From Paramecium tetraurelia (taxonomy: Eukaryota): a stretch of DNA of 64,000 nt. This document shows, one piece after another, positions 48,325 to 62,421 of this stretch (position 1 is its first letter; each line of letters starts with the position of its first letter). Position numbers and translations under genes: made by a program. Location: assembly GCA_000165425.1 (NCBI GenBank), contig CT867993.1, positions 124,001 through 188,000 of the forward strand, in the 5' to 3' direction. A model generated the notes under the pieces. It was not told the origin of the DNA. It made no database searches and worked only from the letters and a program-made list of their open reading frames with translations.

Positions 48325-50184
48325 ATGAATTTAGCATAATAATAAACATAAGAAGAAAATCCATTTCAATTTGAGTTGGATTCTAAAAAGTTTCTCTAAA
48401 AGCTAGAAAGAGAACGTAATTCAGGATATAATGACGACGATGAAGAACAAAAGCAAGTTCCGCATACTTAAAAATTATACCAAACTAGTGCCAAGTCAAC
48501 AAGATTTGGACTGTTATAAAAATTAGAAGATCAAAGTATAAATTGACTTCTATTCCAAATAGCTAATAAATTAGCGTAAGAGAGAGATGAGATGTTTGTC
48601 AACGAAGCCAAAATGAGAGATCCTAATTAACCTTAGAAAATTGATGAAATAGCTTAACACATCAAACATTTCAATCCAAAATTGATGGAATACAGAGATG
48701 ACGAAGCTAGGAAAACTATCTATGGAAAAGAAGATAAAAAGAAGGATTAGGAGTTGTAGGAAATGAAAAAGAAAAAATATCGAATTAAATCAATTTTAAG
48801 AGAAAAGAGAGAAACAATCACAGATTTCATCGAAAAGAAACGAGAAATCTGTTTGGCTAATTTAAATATTATGACTAAGAAGGAAGAAACCGAAAGACTT
48901 GAGGATTTTATAAAGAATGAATAAGAATCATTAAGAGCAAGGAGATTATACTTTAAAAACGATTGTGAATTAGTGAAAAAGTTCATGAATGAAGTTAAAT
49001 ACTAGGCAGATTAAGCTGCATTTTAAGCAGATAGAGAAGCAAAAAAGAAAGATGAAGTCAAAACTGAAGTTGCCAAAATATTAGCTCAAATTGATAGATT
49101 GAAGTTATAAAAGACAAAATATGGAGAGGAATTTGAAAAATTAGATAAATACAGATAATTTTTAGAAAAAATAAAAGTAATTCTAAGTCATATAGTGAAT
49201 TTAGGATACATACAAAACGAAGTTTTCAGAATTTGAGAAGAAAGACATTAACTTGTTTTCAAATCAATAAAATGAATAGAAGAACTAATTCTTTGTTACT
49301 GGAGTAGATTAGAGGGAAGAATAAAAATAAACTTAGGAGTAAATAGAAGCAGAAAGACAGTAAGAAAGAATGGCTGATTTGGTAATTGAGATCCTTAACA
49401 ATATTGAAGAGGGCAATTTGAGAAATATATAAAATTAAAGGGATGCTGAAGAAGATATTGAATAGAAGAAGAGGGAATTGGAAAAATTGGAATAAAAATT
49501 AAAAAATGAATAGGATGAACATTTAGAGATGTTGAAAGCAGAAGAAAGAAAATTGAAAGCATAATTGAAAATACAAAATTAATTGAAGGATTAGGAAAAG
49601 GTAGATCAAACAAAATTATAATTTGCAGAAGGGGAAGACTTAGATATGGATAAAATTGGAAAGAAAATCATTGAAATATAATAGGAAGCAACTAAAAATT
49701 AGGATATTATGGGAAAGAGATTGTAGATTGACTCAAAAGTAATTAAATAAGTTATTAATGTAATTTAAACTGAAATATATAGCAATTAGAAAAAATAGTA
49801 ATTGACTTATCAGAATCTAAATTACAATTCTTGTTAAGATCAAAAACTGACTTTATTGAAGCAGAGAAGAAAATCAAGAAGGAAAAACAGCAATAAAGGT
49901 TAAATAATCAGAAGGATGAGGAAAAGAAGAAATAAATTATGGAGAGGAGAAACAAAAAAGAAGAACATTTGCAGAAATTTTATAAGGGAAGACATGACAT
50001 GAAAAGGAATTATAAATAGGAAAAGCCTGTAGTTGAAACAGAGGAAACAGAAACAGATCAAAATGATGATGAAAAGTATTTAAGGGAATCTTATGAATTG
50101 GTTTATGTGCCTCCTTAGTAAAAATCTCATAATTAATAATAATCAAATGAATTAAACATAAAGTAGAATGAGAGATAATAATGA
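48325..50184 (+). CDS. CFAP100/CCDC37-38-like (DUF4200) coiled-coil ciliary protein
   Basis: Motifs ENPFQF, ETITDFIEKKREICL, YRQFLEK, ILNNIEEGNL, C-terminal DDEKYL. Confidence 0.75.
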
Positions 50185-50214
50185 ATTAATATTTATATAA
50201 ATAAATTTACAAAT

Positions 50215-51374
50215 ATGGCATAGCCAAGTAAGAGGAAGTAATCAAGATCTTTTGAAGACAGCGAAGTAGCAATTTTAACATAAGTTATAGTATAGGGGGA
50301 AGCTGTTTAGGGAAGGTGGACTAAGGATGAACATTAAAGATTTGTAGAAGCTTTGAGCATACATGGGAAAAACTGGAAAAAAGTTGAAGAACATGTTGGT
50401 ACTAGGAGTGGTGCCCAAATTAGGTATTTTCATATTGTGATTCAAGATCTCATGCATAAAAGTTTTTCAATAGATTAGAGAAAGAATTTAACAAATAATT
50501 TAATGGCCTTAAGAGTTCAGAGATTAAACAGATTTTTGAAAATAATATCCAACATTATTCAGAAGGTGATGTGACATAAAAAAGACAAAGGACTGGTTCT
50601 ATCAATGGTAACACACTATCCTCTATTTTTATATTAGATATTTCAGAGGACGACAATTAAGGAAACTTAGAGTCTATGTAGATTGAATCAAATCAGCTAT
50701 AACTGCAACACCAGTTATAATAGGTGAAGATGCAATTACAACAGGGTATTCTAGATCTAAATCTGCCTGATTCTTGTTATCATTAGAATGCCAAGGATTA
50801 AGTCACCAAATATCAATAATAGTAGAATAAGTTGCAAAAGAAAATGCAAGATGTTGTTGATCGAAACTACTCAGAGGAATTAATTAAAGAAATTTGTGAA
50901 TTACACAAAGAGAAAGACTAGATTATTGCTATTCAATAAATTTAAAATGCTTATTAATCCATAGCTGAAGTAAATCAACTTGAATAATAACAATCCTTAA
51001 GATAGTAGCAACCTCAACAAACTCAACCTGAACACTAATAGACCTAAAAGAACAGTAACTAACTCAATGAGGAATCTAGACCTGGAACTGACGAGTCATT
51101 CTTTCACTTTATAATGTATTTATTGTTTATTAGCAGTAGGGCAAGAAATTAAAAGTATATCAATAATAGGAAATTGAGCTTATCTGATTTGATTGAAGTA
51201 CCTAAGTAAGATGAGAAAGCATAAGAATCAGAATTGTTGGAGTAAAAATAACAATAATAATAAGAGAATGAAGGATAAAGAAGCAGAAAATAATCATTTA
51301 CTTTTTATAACGATTAGGTTGAAGATAACGAACTAAGGTATTAGACACTCAAAAAAAACAAGAAAGAATAATGA
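50215..51374 (+). CDS. Single-repeat MYB (SHAQKYF class) transcription factor
   Basis: Translates to GRWTKDEHQRFVEALSIHGKNWKKVEEHVGTRSGAQIR|SHAQKFFNRL across a tiny intron. Confidence 0.93.
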
Positions 51375-51413
51375 ATAACTATTTTATATAGTTAATTAAA
51401 TATTTTTTTAATA

Positions 51414-54400
51414 ATGTCATAAATCTCTAACGTTTCTAATCGTCAATTTTATACTCCCGATACTTCCAAACATTAAGATTAATTCAAAAGTGCTGAAGAT
51501 AGGAAGAGTGCTCCTTTTGATGAAAAGAGTATTACACCTAAAAGCGATGTATATTCAAACACTTTTAAATAATTCTAATTAGAAAATATTAATGATTCCA
51601 AAGATTAAATACCAATTAGCAATAATGAATTTGTTGCTCAATGGGGAAATATACAATAGTAGGAAGATTCCTCCTAAGCTTCTAAAGTTTGTGATCTTGA
51701 TGACTTTCCTGATTAAAATGAAAACTCCCCTTCCAATAGCGATGAAGCTGGATTAGATTCCTAAAGAGAATAAGAGAAATATTTTGGGTAAGTTGAATAA
51801 CCTGAAAGAAAATAATCAAGAGATATGACTGATTTTGAAGATTTGATGAATGTTAACAATTCTTAAAATGCTTCTTCCTCCAGTAACTAATTCTAGGTTA
51901 TGGACCCATCTGAAAGAATAAAATACTAAAACATTGATTAATTACCTTTAAATCAGTTGGAAAGAAATATGTTAATAAAAGCCAAAGAAATTTAACCTGT
52001 AAATCAGAACTACCCCTTCTTGAATGATCAGTCTCCTTCTACAGGAAAAATATCAGGAATGGCTTTCACATTCAATTTTCCTAATCAATTTTAGAATGAA
52101 GGAATTTAAAATATGTTCAATTAGCCTCCCTCCTTTCCTATAAGTTAAGAACTTCCCACTCCTGTAGCAGTCTAAAACCAAATTGCAAATCAATTTTACC
52201 CAGGAACTACTTTAAATAACTAGATAAATCAGTCTATATCATCAAAAGGCTCCTCTTAAATTCAAAATTTTGAAGATCTAACAAATTATAAAAATCAATC
52301 TTAACCCTAATAGTTAGACAACAGTTAAAATTTAAATTTCCATAAAATTAATTCTATTCCAGTTCAATAAAATATATTTGAATAACCTTAAGCTCTACCA
52401 ATTGACAAGTTCCTTATTGGTGATATACCTATGTCTTCTAGTTCCTCTTAAAATAGAAAATAATAATAAGTATTTCAACCAGAACTTTAAGTTAACCCTA
52501 TTATTGTAACATAATAATAAGAGTAAGTATAAGTATAGTAACCTTCTAATATTTTTCCTATTTAATCCTTAGAGATTGCGTAAAACAACCAAGAATTCAA
52601 TTTTAGTTAAGATTTAGAAAAATAATTCTAATTGAATACTGATGCTATCCATCCTAAGTTTGAAATTCATGGAGAGGATTCAGAAGTAATCTGGGAGTAA
52701 GATAACAATTTTAAATAATTTGATTAATTTCCAAATTAAACATCTAGTAATATATTTCAAGAAAGGCAATAAGCCAATTAACTGTAAGACTTCATGAAAG
52801 ATTTTGAGCCAAAACCAGAAATACAGAAAAAAAATGAATTTAATATAAAGGAAAGTCCTAAAGAAAGCCCCAAAGACTAAGAATTTTAATTATAGAAACA
52901 AACCTACCAATAAATTAATTTCTTATAATAACATTCTTAATAATAGTCATAAAAATCAATAAATTAAGAGAATTTCTTCTAATAATATAAAGAAGTTCAG
53001 CCAAACTTTCCTGCTCAAGTTGATACTTCAGAAATCAATTAATCGTCAAGGGAGTAAACCCCTAAGAATTAGCCCACTCAAATTTAAGTGTAAAACTAAA
53101 ACAATTCAATATCATCGCATAAATCAAACTCAACTCAAAATAAAAATAATGGCTTTCAACCATCCTAATAATTGTATCAAAAAGAATTGTATGATGATTG
53201 GTTTAAAAAAGAAGATAGTAGTAGAAGAATGAGTTAAAATTCCAAATCTTCTGCTAAAGAATCATAACATAAAGTTGAGGAACTCTTTTAAGATTATGAT
53301 AATAATAGTATTTGGTAGAAACATTTAGAAAATCAACCAGGAATTTAAAAAGAATCCTAAGATTTTATTTAGCAACAGCAATAATAATAATAATTTACAT
53401 AATTACAATAGTAGTAATACTAATAATAGTAGTAATAGTAATACCAATAATATTAAAACTAGCAATAACAATAACAATAATACTAATAACAATAATAAAT
53501 TGAATAAGAATAGTTACAATAGAACTTATTGCTGTAATAACAAAAATAATAGCAGTTATAAAATGAATAAGAACAGTTTTAATAGAATTTATTATTGTAA
53601 TAACAAAAACAACAGCAGATATAATAACAATTATAGTTATAACAATAGTAATAATAGTAATAGTAGCAATAATAATAATAGTAATAGTTGTAATAATAAG
53701 AAAAATACTAATAATAATAAAAGGAACAATAGGAATAATAATACATATATTCTTAATAGTAATTGTAAGAGAAATAAGAAAAAGAATAATAATAATAATA
53801 ATAATTATAATATCAATTATAATAATAATAGCAATAATATGTATAAGAGAAATAATCAAAAGAATAATAAGAATTGCAATACTTATACTTATAACAGAAA
53901 AACCAAGGGAAGTAAGAAAATGAATAACAATACTCATATTAACAATAATTATTATAATAATAACAATAATCACAAATCTCCTAATAATAACTAAAAGAAC
54001 AATAACAATTCTTATAATCATAACAGCAACAACTAGAGAAATAAGAAAAATAAGAAAAATAAGAAAAAGAATAATAATTATTATATTAATAATCCCAACA
54101 ATAGTAAATTCAATAATACTAACAATAACAATAAATATAACTATAGGAATAATAATAACAATAATAATAATAGCAATAACAATTACAGTAATAATAACAA
54201 CAACAATAATAATAATAATATTAATAATAACAATTATAAGAATAGCAGTAATAAATACTAGCCCAATAATTCTCTTCTAACATAGTTAAATTGCCTGCTT
54301 AATAATAATAAGAACAATAAATAACCCCAAGAAATCAAGGTACGAATTCAAATTAATAGTTAATTGAGAATTCTCAATAAAATGTAACTCCTAATCAATC

Positions 54401-56294
54401 TCCCCAATTTTTTTCAATTAATAATTCTTCAAGTTCAGTGAATGAAAAAAAGAAAAATAATCCATTTAATAAAGAGGAAGCTGAAATTATAATAGATCCA
54501 AAATGGGAACAGGATTTGCCTTAATTTGATTCATAATAATTTGAAATAAAGCCTGAGCTAAAAAAAAACCTGGATACAATTGTTGAAATGCAAGAAGAAT
54601 CTCTTACTTAGAGTTATGCAGTACAAAACAGGAACTCAGCTTTGTATTAGGATAATACTATAACAGAGTATTAAGACAAATCGATTGAAGAATCAAAAGT
54701 AATTCAACCTTTCTTAAAAATTTAATCTTAAGAGATCCTATCTGCATAAAAAGGAATTGTAAGAGAGAGCAAGGAGAGTAATTAAGATGCAATAAATCCT
54801 TAATAGTTGGTTGAATAATTAATGCCAGGTTTACATGATGTTATAAGAAAATCGTTCTAATAAAATATAGAAAGTTAATTGTAATAATTAGCTACTTAAT
54901 TTTAACAAAAATTGTAAGATGATGAATAAGAAAACTTTGATATTGATAAAATTAGTTCAAAAGTGTTTATGATAGAGAATTTGGTTTAGGGATATGGCAA
55001 AAAGCTAGATTAAATATCAGAAATGCTAAATAAAGAGAAAGAAAATTAAGATTCATAAAAAATACAAGACTAAAATACTTAAAGTAAGGCTGGTTTTCTT
55101 TAGGATTCTTAATAACCACTTTAAAAATAATAAAAATAAATATGCTCACCATTTGAATTAAATTTAGAAGATCACTTTGAAGAATCTCCTATATAGAATT
55201 ATTAAAATTAAAATTAGAGTTAGAACAATTCAAAATTAAGGGTTGCTTAATCAAATCTAGTATACACTTCTCAATAAAAAGGCTTTATTCCTTATTAGAC
55301 GTTACATTAAACATAATCAAAATACATAAATGAAAGTCAAATAAGAGAAGACTTCTAGGAGGATAAATTAAGAATATTCTAAACAAATTATCAATTTTAA
55401 AAGTAGTCACTTAAAGGGTTATAGGAATTCGAGATTCAAAATTTTAGAAAATAGTGTTTATGTGAGTAGACAACACTTCTAGATACATATGAATTGATAG
55501 TTACGTTAACATCTGAAAAATATGAAAGTGATGATCTTACAGGTTATAAAATAATAATTTCTTTAAAAAATAAAGCTCAATATGATATCTAAAACTTAAT
55601 AGTCTTATTTAATTCCAATAAAAGTATAATTTAAATATTATATTGTAGTAAAGGATGAATATCATGTAAAACCTGAAAAAATTAGTTAATCTTATTTAAA
55701 CCCTGGAGATATCATTAGATAAGAGATAACATTTAAATATTATGACCTTTAAAGCATGTATTTAAATTGCTTCATTAAATACACAATTAATAATTTTAAG
55801 ATGGGATACAATTTTAATAAAATATCTTAAAGTCAAGGACTATAAGGCACATAAGATTATTCAAACTTGTATCTTTCTTAGATGAATAGTAGAAATGTGA
55901 TTTAAGAGTAAATATTTATATTATTATTAGGGTTGGATAATTTAAGAGGAACTTTCAATTTTGCATAGCCAGGCCAGCAAATAAGTTCTTTGTTTATAAT
56001 TTTATTACCAGTGAAGAAATAAATGAATGCGAAATGAAATGTAGAAGTGAGTAGTTTTATTTGAGATCTCTGGATGAGCTTATAATATTTCATCCTTGGT
56101 TAATACAAATAGACCAATTTACTTTGGGAGGGAAAGTGTTTATTTAATTGAAAAACAGTGGCTATGAATTTGTGATAAAAGTAGTTAACAAAAACCAAAA
56201 GGGAGTCATCTTAATGAATGGAATGAACATGGATTAGAAATTAACCGAACATTTTCTCAGTTTCTTTGCCTTTTTATTTAGTAAATTATATTGA
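51414..56294 (+). CDS. Very large Q/N/S-rich low-complexity protein with a small globular C-terminal domain
   Basis: ATG 51414 opens a long ciliate-code frame with poly-Q (TAA/TAG/CAA) at ~53370-54320. Intron 55908-55930 joins the final domain, which ends ...FLSFFAFLFSKLY* at TGA 56292-56294. Confidence 0.7.
53370..54320 (+). repeat. Poly-glutamine coding tract (TAA/TAG/CAA) containing an imperfect 63-bp tandem duplication at ~53502-53627
   Basis: Runs of taa/tag/caa; the duplicated units translate as EQEQLQQNLLLQQQKQQQLQN and EQEQFQQNLLLQQQKQQQIQQ. Confidence 0.85.
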
Positions 56295-56334
56295 TCTTAT
56301 CTAAATAATTGTAATATCACCCATTTATATATTA

Positions 56335-57494
56335 TCATAATATTTTGCCAACATGTATTTTGTATCCAAATTTGTTCAACTCTCTATTAATAATTTTGGC
56401 TGCATAAGGCAATCTATAGAAGGGAATTTGTGGAAACAAATGATGTTCTGTTTAAAATTACATTCCTCCCATCAACAAATTAGATAACCAATCTAAGATT
56501 TAATTAAATAGACATTACCAGTCCAATCATAATTTCTAGATGTGATAATTTAATGTTCAATAAAAGGCTTGTCAATTTTATTAAAGAACTTATATTCTCT
56601 TTCGTGATTCCCTATCAAAATGCAGGCGCTAAAGAATCCTGCAATATATTATGCAACAACATAAATCCATATTTTTTGTTAGAATACGATTATTTGATGT
56701 ATTAGTATATAGATGATGTCAATCTTGTTGTATGATGCAAGAAAAGAATCAAATTTCCATCTAAAAATTATATATTTCTTTTATACTTCAAATAAAGGAA
56801 TCCAAATTACCATTTTTGATATACGTGATTAATATCATCGTCTTTACCTATTCTATTTGTGAAGATATGATGGTTATTGTGTTTGAATTGCCACCAATCA
56901 GCAGAAAAACCATGAATAATTCCATAAGGAATAGATAGTTTATACAACAAAGGATTTCGGTTGTGGTTTGTTGAATGTCCTTACCATCTAACGATATATT
57001 GTAAATCTTACCCAGCCACTATTTAAGTCAAAGCAATAGTAGGTATTGCTATATACCATTCACTAGTAACCCCTAAATACAAGCCTAGACTCAACCCAAT
57101 AAAAAGGAGAAGTTCAATTGTCCAATCAGGCTCAAAAAGGTTTTTTACTTACTTTTTGATGTGAGTATATTGTTTGCTTTCTTCAGATTCCTTAATATTA
57201 GACCTCACAACTTTTTAGGATTTTAATATTTTCAAAGCTCGTTTGGAGTGTAGGCACCTAAAATTTCAATAAATTTAGTTAATTACCTGAAATATTCTGT
57301 AATATCTTCTTTCTCATCCTTCATCTTTTCAAAAAAGGATTTGCCGGCTGGATGTTTGGGAACATATTCGGTCACATCGTATTCTTTGTTTTTGTATATG
57401 AATCTGAAAACCTTTATGATTAATGAATAGCGTATACATCCTTATTTTCAACAGATTAAACACTTTGGCTACTTGGTTCTGGTAATGGTGCCAT
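56335..57494 (-). CDS. Front-end fatty acid desaturase with N-terminal cytochrome b5 domain (Delta6-like)
   Basis: Cytochrome b5 region YDVTEYVPKHPAG...DITEYFRCLHS. Histidine boxes GHSTNH, WWQFKHNNHH and QTEHHLFP. Confidence 0.92.
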
Positions 57495-57787
57495 TTGATA
57501 TTCTAACAAATTAATAATATCTTTATTAAATTTGATAAATATTTCACATTAATTTTAGTATAAATACTGCCAATTAAAAATATTATTAAATTATCACCCC
57601 TTGATAGATAATGTTTCTATTTAATTAAATTCACAAATTCTTTATACATCACTTTTATCTCTAAATGCAACATAATTCTTTATTATCTATAGATCCAAAT
57701 TTTTCATTTTACATTAATTAATTGAGGATTTTTAATTTTTTTTATTATTCTATTGATTTACTATTAAATCCTAATTATTATTTTTCT

Positions 57788-60123
57788 ATGAATAACTTAA
57801 AAGACAAGGAAACCAAAAAAATCGATTTAAATTTCGCTCTCATAGATTATGAGTCATCATCTGAGGCAAACGGTGAAGTAAATAAAGACCCTATGTCTAT
57901 AATAAAAAAATTACATAAACAAATGTTTTAGGATTAGACCTAGGATGTAGTAGTTGGATATGTGAATACATATAACAAAGATAACCTAATTACAGAATTA
58001 CCTTATTTATTGTAATAAATGGAATACAAGCAAATATATAATTAAATAAGATAATAAGTTTTAGTCATTTTTCACTATATTGGAGGTGCTACAGAAACTG
58101 TGCCAATTACATTAATTAAAAAGGCCAGAAATAGATATGGACAAAACCCAATAGAAGCAAATTAACCAAAAGATTATTACGTGTCGACTAATATGGATTT
58201 GAAATAAGTTAGAAGGAACTATTAGGAGACAGTCTAATCAGAAGCAGAGCCCTTTAAGATTAAGGAAGATATTCAAAATGATGAAATCAATAAATTATAG
58301 TATTTGAATCATTTAATTTAGTTACTTATGCTTGAAGGAGTGTGAAGCTAAACATTTAAGGTGCATATTAATCCAAATCAATAAAGTGAATTAGAAACTA
58401 TTTACAGACTAAAGAATATCAGCTAGAATATTTTAAATTTTAATCAGATGGTCAGATGTTCAGAATGAATAGAGTGAAGAAAGTCTAAAAGTAAAGAGCT
58501 AATGAGTTTTTAGTTTTGAATAATGAAATATAATAATTAAATTTGCAATAAATGATAATGAAATAGCAATCTATTTCTACTAATACAACTCTGGGTTCTT
58601 AGTTTTTTAAGGTTTATTTTAAAATTCATTACCACACTCAACCTGGCAAAGCAATATACATAGTTGGAGACAATAAATAATTTGGAAATTGGAATCCAAT
58701 AAAAGGAATGCGCTTATAATGGAACGAAGTAAGAAATACTTAGATATATACGATAAGAATGATGAGTGGACAATCTGCATTGGGGTTGATCGATCTCAAT
58801 ATTAGAAAATTGAATATAAGTTTATAGTGAATAACTTCGATAATCCGACCTTGTAGGATCCGATTTGGGAACCAGGGGAAAATAGAGTTATCACCACTCA
58901 TATGATTTAAAATGAGACCAAATCAGAATATTTTAATTGTATTTAATAAATAAATATCAAAGGTGAATATTGGGGCTATAGAACAATCAAATTGAAGTTA
59001 AATTACAATTTAGCTTAAAAATAAAGAATGATGGTAATTGGCTCTATAGAATAATTAGGTCAATGGAGTCATCCTGTATTAATGAAACCCTAATAAAAGA
59101 TAGATATATGTAGTTTTCATTCTTATTTAAGTGAATGACGAGCCAGTTTAGTAATGGTCTATTTCCTTTATTGTGGATCCTATGAATTTTTCATTTAGAT
59201 ACTTTTATGTAATTAGAAATGATGAGAATGGATCAATGATATGGGAGAGAGGTAATGGACGATATCTGAAATCAAGTGATTTAAGATCATTTAGATAAGT
59301 TCAAACTGTGTATGCTAAATCTCCTATCAGAATTAAAACTTAGTTATTGGCAGCATGTTAAAATTAGAGATTATAAAAATTAAAAAATGGTTCATTTTGT
59401 TCTGATAAGCAACTAAAGATTAATAAAGAAACTAGTATAGGTTATTCTTTCTCAGATAAGGAACCTTCTTTCTTTTATTATGAGTCGTTTGGAAGACTTA
59501 ATAAATTGGATTGGAATTTTGTAGTCTAATTTGCTATCACACAAATCAATGAAAATATTATTATTGGACCTTATCCTTAGAATGAATAGGATATACTAGT
59601 TTTAAAATCTCAAGGAATTAAGGCTGTCTTAAATCTACAGACAAGATTAGATATTTATCATCGAGGAGTGGATTGGGATGAAATACAAAATAGCTATAAA
59701 AAAAATGACATTATAATGAAGAATTTTGAAATTTTTGATATGGATCCAATAGATTTTGAAAGAAAAGCATTTAAAGCTGTGTAACTATTGAAAAAATTAA
59801 TCAATAACTATGAATTTGTTTACGTTCATTGTACATCAGGAATTGGAAGAGCTCCCTCCCTTGTGGTATTATATTTATCCACAGTATTACAAATTCCATT
59901 AAATGAAGCAATTTCATTTGTAAAAAAAAAAAGAGAGCATTTCTACATTAATCATAGTAATAAATCTAAACTTATCATAGATATGTTGAGAAAATCATTA
60001 CAAAAAACTGAAATATTTAATAATGGTGAAGGATATGAAGAAATCTCAGTATTCAATTAATATTAAATTGGAAGCCTACAAAAAATTTATGAATAGAAAT
60101 TTGATTATAATTTACTTTATTGA
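57788..60123 (+). CDS. Laforin-like glucan phosphatase: N-terminal extension + two CBM20 + dual-specificity phosphatase
   Basis: CBM20 #1 reads IYIVGDNKQFGNWNP...WNE|NDEW...IEYKF...WEPGENR. CBM20 #2 reads MVIGSIEQLGQW...WERGNGR. The DSP reads IIIGPYPQ...AVLNLQT...VYVHCTSGIGRA. Confidence 0.85.
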
Positions 60124-61266
60124 AGGAGTTGTTTAAAGTAAATGATTTTATATTTTTTGCATGATTAGATTATAAATCTAGTTTATGGTTATACAATTTA
60201 TGTTTTTAACAATAAATAATAATCAAACATATTCTAGTTAAAATAATAATAATTTTTCTAGGATCTAAGATTTTTTTAAGAAATAATCAAATGAAAAAAA
60301 GAGGTTGTTTTAAAAATAACACTTTTTTTTGAATAGGCAAATATATTATCTGAATTAGTTTAAAATATTAATTGTATGTAACATAGCCTCTATTTGAAAT
60401 TGTCAGAATTTACTTATTTCTTTTTAAAGATAAGTCTTAAACCAAATAAAAAGAAACTTATTGATCTAGTCTTCCTTTAAGTCTTAAGCTAAACTTACTA
60501 TTAAAATTAATTAAAATGTTTAAAACGTAATATAAACATGTATAACAAATTTCAATTCAAAACTCTATTGTCCAAAATAGCTTTCATAATAACTGAGAAG
60601 CATCCAAAATGAGCAATATTTCTTTTTTATTTTACAATCATAAATCCATTTTTATTTACTAGGTATGAACATTTTTCAATTTGGTTTCTAAATATTCCAT
60701 CCTAATTTTAGTTAATTTTTTATTCTAGATTATTTTATAATTAACAATTCCGATTAAATTCAGTCACTTTAAAATTCTTTGGATTTCATAGTACCACTTT
60801 ATATCATCTTTTATGGATTCAAGTAAATTTCTGATTAAGTTTTAAATTAAACTTAAATCAAATTGTTATTTATTTATTTATTTAATGAAAACATCTCAGA
60901 ACTGATATTCATATTTCAAAGCGCATCTATTCTGAAATCTTCAAAGTCAAGAATTTCTTTGAATATAGAATATAAGTTTGTTAAATAAAAAAATCTAAAT
61001 ATTAGACAGAATTGCATGGACCATGTAGTATAATAATCTTTTTTAATATTTTCCAATGTAAATTTATTGTCATATTAAACTAATTAATATTTTTTAGTTT
61101 AATTTTACAAATATAGATTATTTCAAAGACTTATATATTTTTGATTATATTTTGTGAAAAATTGTGATTTAAATTACGAGTAACAAAGAGCCAAAGTGCA
61201 AAATTTATACCTGATTTTAAACATCTATCATTTCGCTGGATAATAACAATAATTAATAATTAAAAT

Positions 61267-62421
61267 ATGTAAAACCAAAAGTAATTCCCGTGCAAAATAG
61301 GAGATCAAAATTTTACAATAGAATTATCTACATCTTCTTTGGATCTTATTAATTAGGAATAAAGAATTTCCTTTAAACTTTCACTAAAACTTATTATCAC
61401 TTGGGTATTTTATGGAGATAAAATAATTGGGTTTAAAGTTGAGAATCTAGAGGTAGAAGGTACAACAGAAGATATGTCTAAGTTAAAAATGTCCTTGGGT
61501 TGTCTTGCAACATTTAAAGGAATTTTAAAATTTTATACTTTTCAATAAACTATTTACCTAAACTAGAACAATACCACTAAAGTATTAAGCTATTTGAATT
61601 TAGGTTTGTTAACTTATAAGTAATCGTAATTATAGAATCTATGCTTGTAAGTGCTACAAGAAATGTAATCGTTCAATTGAATCCATTCATGAAGAAATAA
61701 ATTTAATACTAAAACTGTAAGGTCATAAGTTTATTCCAATGATTTACGAAGTGTATGAATCGAATTCCTGTGTATATTTGATAATGGAACATTTATATAG
61801 GAATTTTGACAATGACTTTACTGATGAAGAGATTAAAATAATTGTTTACGTATATTTCATAATTAACGAAGAATTTGCTGTTATCAATCAAAAAACTAGA
61901 AAAACTATTGATAGCCCATAAAAGTATTTCAAGGTCTCATATTATGTTTGATGAGGACAATTAATTAAAACTAATTGGATTTAGTAATGCAGTTATTCAA
62001 AAAACAACAAATCATGAATTTGAGCTGGACATTTTTAAAGTGGGTACTTTAATGTATAAATTGTACTAATTATTATGTAAAATTAGCTACAAAAAAAATA
62101 TGTAAGGCGATTAAGACTAATTTCCTGAAATTCCAGATTTTGGAAGTGATCTTTTGAAAAATCTCCTTGAAAACTAGTCTTACTATAGATTTAATATGGA
62201 TGCAGCCTTATAACATCGATACTTCAATTCTTTAAGCGGAGATGGAATTTATAAAGGTATTTATCCAAACATATTTAGAAATTTATTCAATGAATCCCAA
62301 ATTTAAGGATAAGATCGAAGAATCCTAGTCTTACTAAACTAAGAATTTTAACACTCTATTATCTTTAACAAAATAATAATAATATTTTTAAGTAGATATG
62401 TCGACAGAACTCTAAAACTGA
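61267..62421 (+). CDS. Pseudokinase (CAMK-like fold) with an N-terminal PH-like region
   Basis: Motifs YACKCY, EEINLILKL, IYEVYESNSCVYLIMEHL, IAHKSISRSHIMF, LKLIGFSNA, DIFKVG, RFNMDAALQHRYF. Four tiny introns restore the frame. Confidence 0.8.

Noticed and set aside
53395..54021. 208-aa poly-Ile ORF (-) and 164-aa poly-Asn ORF (53500-53994, +) in the ORF track
   Set aside because: They are antisense and off-frame shadows of the poly-Gln (TAA)n coding tract.
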